Positions 62,300-64,000 of a DNA stretch of 64,000 nt are shown here, piece after piece. This DNA comes from Octopus sinensis. Taxonomy: Eukaryota. The translations under genes were made by a program, and so were the position numbers. Position 1 is the stretch's first letter. The number at the start of each line of letters is the position of its first letter. The stretch is taken from assembly GCF_006345805.1 (NCBI RefSeq), contig NW_021831284.1, positions 124,001 through 188,000 on the forward strand, written 5' to 3'. The notes below the pieces were generated by a model, which ran no database searches, was not told where the DNA came from, and was given only the letters and a program-made list of their open reading frames with translations.

Positions 62300-62960
62300 T
62301 TAATAGTTAATCAGAAACTAAGCAGATCTCACTCCAGCTCGCTGATATCCACTCTCCTTCTCTTGGAAGAAGAGTCTACTTCCAGCTGCCTCTTACTCCC
62401 CACTACCACATCTGATTCAACCATTGCATCTTCTTTAGCATTCATTGGGTCGTCTTCATTTTTGCATGCCATCTCCACATACCGGTTGGAAGCAGAAGCG
62501 TATTCTTCACCAGATACCTTCATTCCGTGCTTGTGTTCGATCATCATACTCTCGAGCGTTCTTTTCAGTACAACGGATTGGATGTATGTCCTCATTCCTG
62601 CTTCAATAGATAGTTTCTTCATATAATTTTTGAAGCATTTCGAGACAACTCCATCCCATGTCATAACCACAGGAATTATTTTTACTTGACAGCTATACAG
62701 AAGCGAAAGCTCACTTGCCAATAGGTCATACTTGTGACACTTTTCAACCTCCACTTGCTTGAGGCGATCCTGTGAAGTAATACCCACTTCAATTAGATTT
62801 ATTTCGTTTCTGACTTTGTCGTCGACAAAGATATCTGGCTTGTTGTATTCTACTTTTGTTTCGGTGAGGATTGTTGAATCAACCCTGATTTCAACTTTTC
62901 CCGTCGAAAGTGTTGACTGAACAGAATGTCCCTTCAATCGTCTTGCTTTTTTTGTTTGGG
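62300..62960 (-). mobile_element. R4/Dong-like element, 5'-truncated, intact 202-aa RLE ORF
   Basis: EYNKPDIFVDDKVRNEINLIEVGITSQDRLKQVEVEKCHKYDLLASEL..VMTWDGVV. Confidence 0.9.
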
Positions 62961-63125
62961 AAATATGTTGAATTAAAATTAATTATGAATCCTAACTCAC
63001 GTATTTTCTTAGTTGATGATTTAAATTCATTCGTCATTTTTTTAAATCAAAATCTTAAAATAATGAATTAATTTTTAGAATTAAAAAAAGACTTGAATAA
63101 ATATAAAACTAAATATTTTCTGACT

Positions 63126-63639
63126 TTACAGTAATTTATTATTATAACAAGAATGGTCGTAAATTGGATCAAATTCTATTATTCCAGTACCAGTAAGATT
63201 ATCAACATCAATGCTTGCAAAACATATGACGCTAACACCATTAAAAATACAACGTGCTTTCAAATTCATCTAAAAAATTAATATTTAGAGCTAACTTTGT
63301 TTGTTAGCTGATCAAAATGAGCAAATTTTATAAAGTAAGGATTTGTATTTTTTTGATCTTCCAGAAACGTTATTGTTATCCCTTGACCTGTAAATACCTT
63401 AAAAATTTTAACAATTGTAATAAAAATATAAATATAAACCACACGACCAATGAAACGTTCCCAGCTTGACAGTCTTTAAAAAAATTATTTCTTTTTTCGC
63501 CAATTGTAGAATCCTTAGGCCCAATATATTTCATCTAAAAACAATTTTTAATCTCTATTCTCACTTCAGTGTAAGAATTTAATTTTTTAATAATTGGATC
63601 CAAATTAAAAAGAGCGCGTTGTTGAGCAGCAATATCCAT
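63126..63639 (-). CDS. CBFB: Core-binding factor beta (Runx partner), 3 introns; not in the supplied ORF track
   Basis: Spliced MDIAAQQRALFNLDPIIKKLNSYTE|MKYIGPKD..NNFFKDCQAGNVSL|VFTGQGITITF..K|MNLKARCIFNGVSVICFASIDVDNLTGTGIIEFD aligns with CBF-beta (DQRSKF, IKYTGFRD, LKAPMILNGVCV, LDGMGCLEFD). Confidence 0.85.
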
Positions 63640-64000
63640 TACACACTCTAAGCCGCAATTCTTCGATAAGCTTTAAGCACCGTAATGATTGTCAAATTAG
63701 ACGATAAAACCGCAAAACCACGTACTCGTCTGTAATGCTTCCTTGCCAAATTTTCAAAAAACGAAAAGGTGATGAAATCAAAATATTGAAATTCAAGATC
63801 CTTGATTATAATAACTATTTTGACTCAAACAAACCCAAATTCAATTGATGTCATCAATTTTGTACTCGTTGCAAAATGTATTAATGACGCAAATCAATCG
63901 ATACATAAATTAATTATTTTTGATTTAAATGCCGTGAATAATAATTATGTGACGCAGCCGGCAAAAGGATTCATTTACAATTGTTCTGAAGGATTGTACT

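Noticed and set aside
63650-64000. Possible 3' end of another minus-strand gene
   Set aside because: The partial frames contain stops that could not be resolved by plausible introns, no family was recognised, and the region is cut by the window edge.

Overview
AT-rich eukaryotic genomic DNA with very short GT-AG introns (mostly 22-30 nt, reconstructed by hand). Metazoan marker genes (glypican, CBF-beta, Ig-superfamily membrane proteins) point to a reduced animal, plausibly a parasite such as a myxozoan or dicyemid; this is inference and was not verified. Nine conserved genes were recognised after manual splicing: ZMPSTE24 (5' end outside the window), a glypican, RPL19, PGAM5, BOP1, UBE2N, PCYT2, PPIL1 and CBFB. 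They sit among many non-LTR retrotransposon copies (about 13 CRE-like and about 10 R4/Dong-like RLE elements or fragments, plus APE-type LINE remnants) and DNA-transposon relics. The main candidate novel system is a dispersed family of five-Ig-domain type I membrane proteins, all on the minus strand: four near-complete copies and three fragments. The family shows a hypervariable loop, one 12x heptad N-glycosylation insertion in that loop, two classes of cytoplasmic tail (long Tyr-motif versus short), and mosaic intron sharing in which some introns are far more conserved than the adjacent exons. Other notable features are a GC-shifted UBE2N/PCYT2 island, a duplicated CRE-Ig chimeric module, and a CRE insertion with a 50-bp target-site duplication plus an inverted copy of target DNA. 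All identities and counts are manual estimates, and the assembly appears to contain homopolymer indels.
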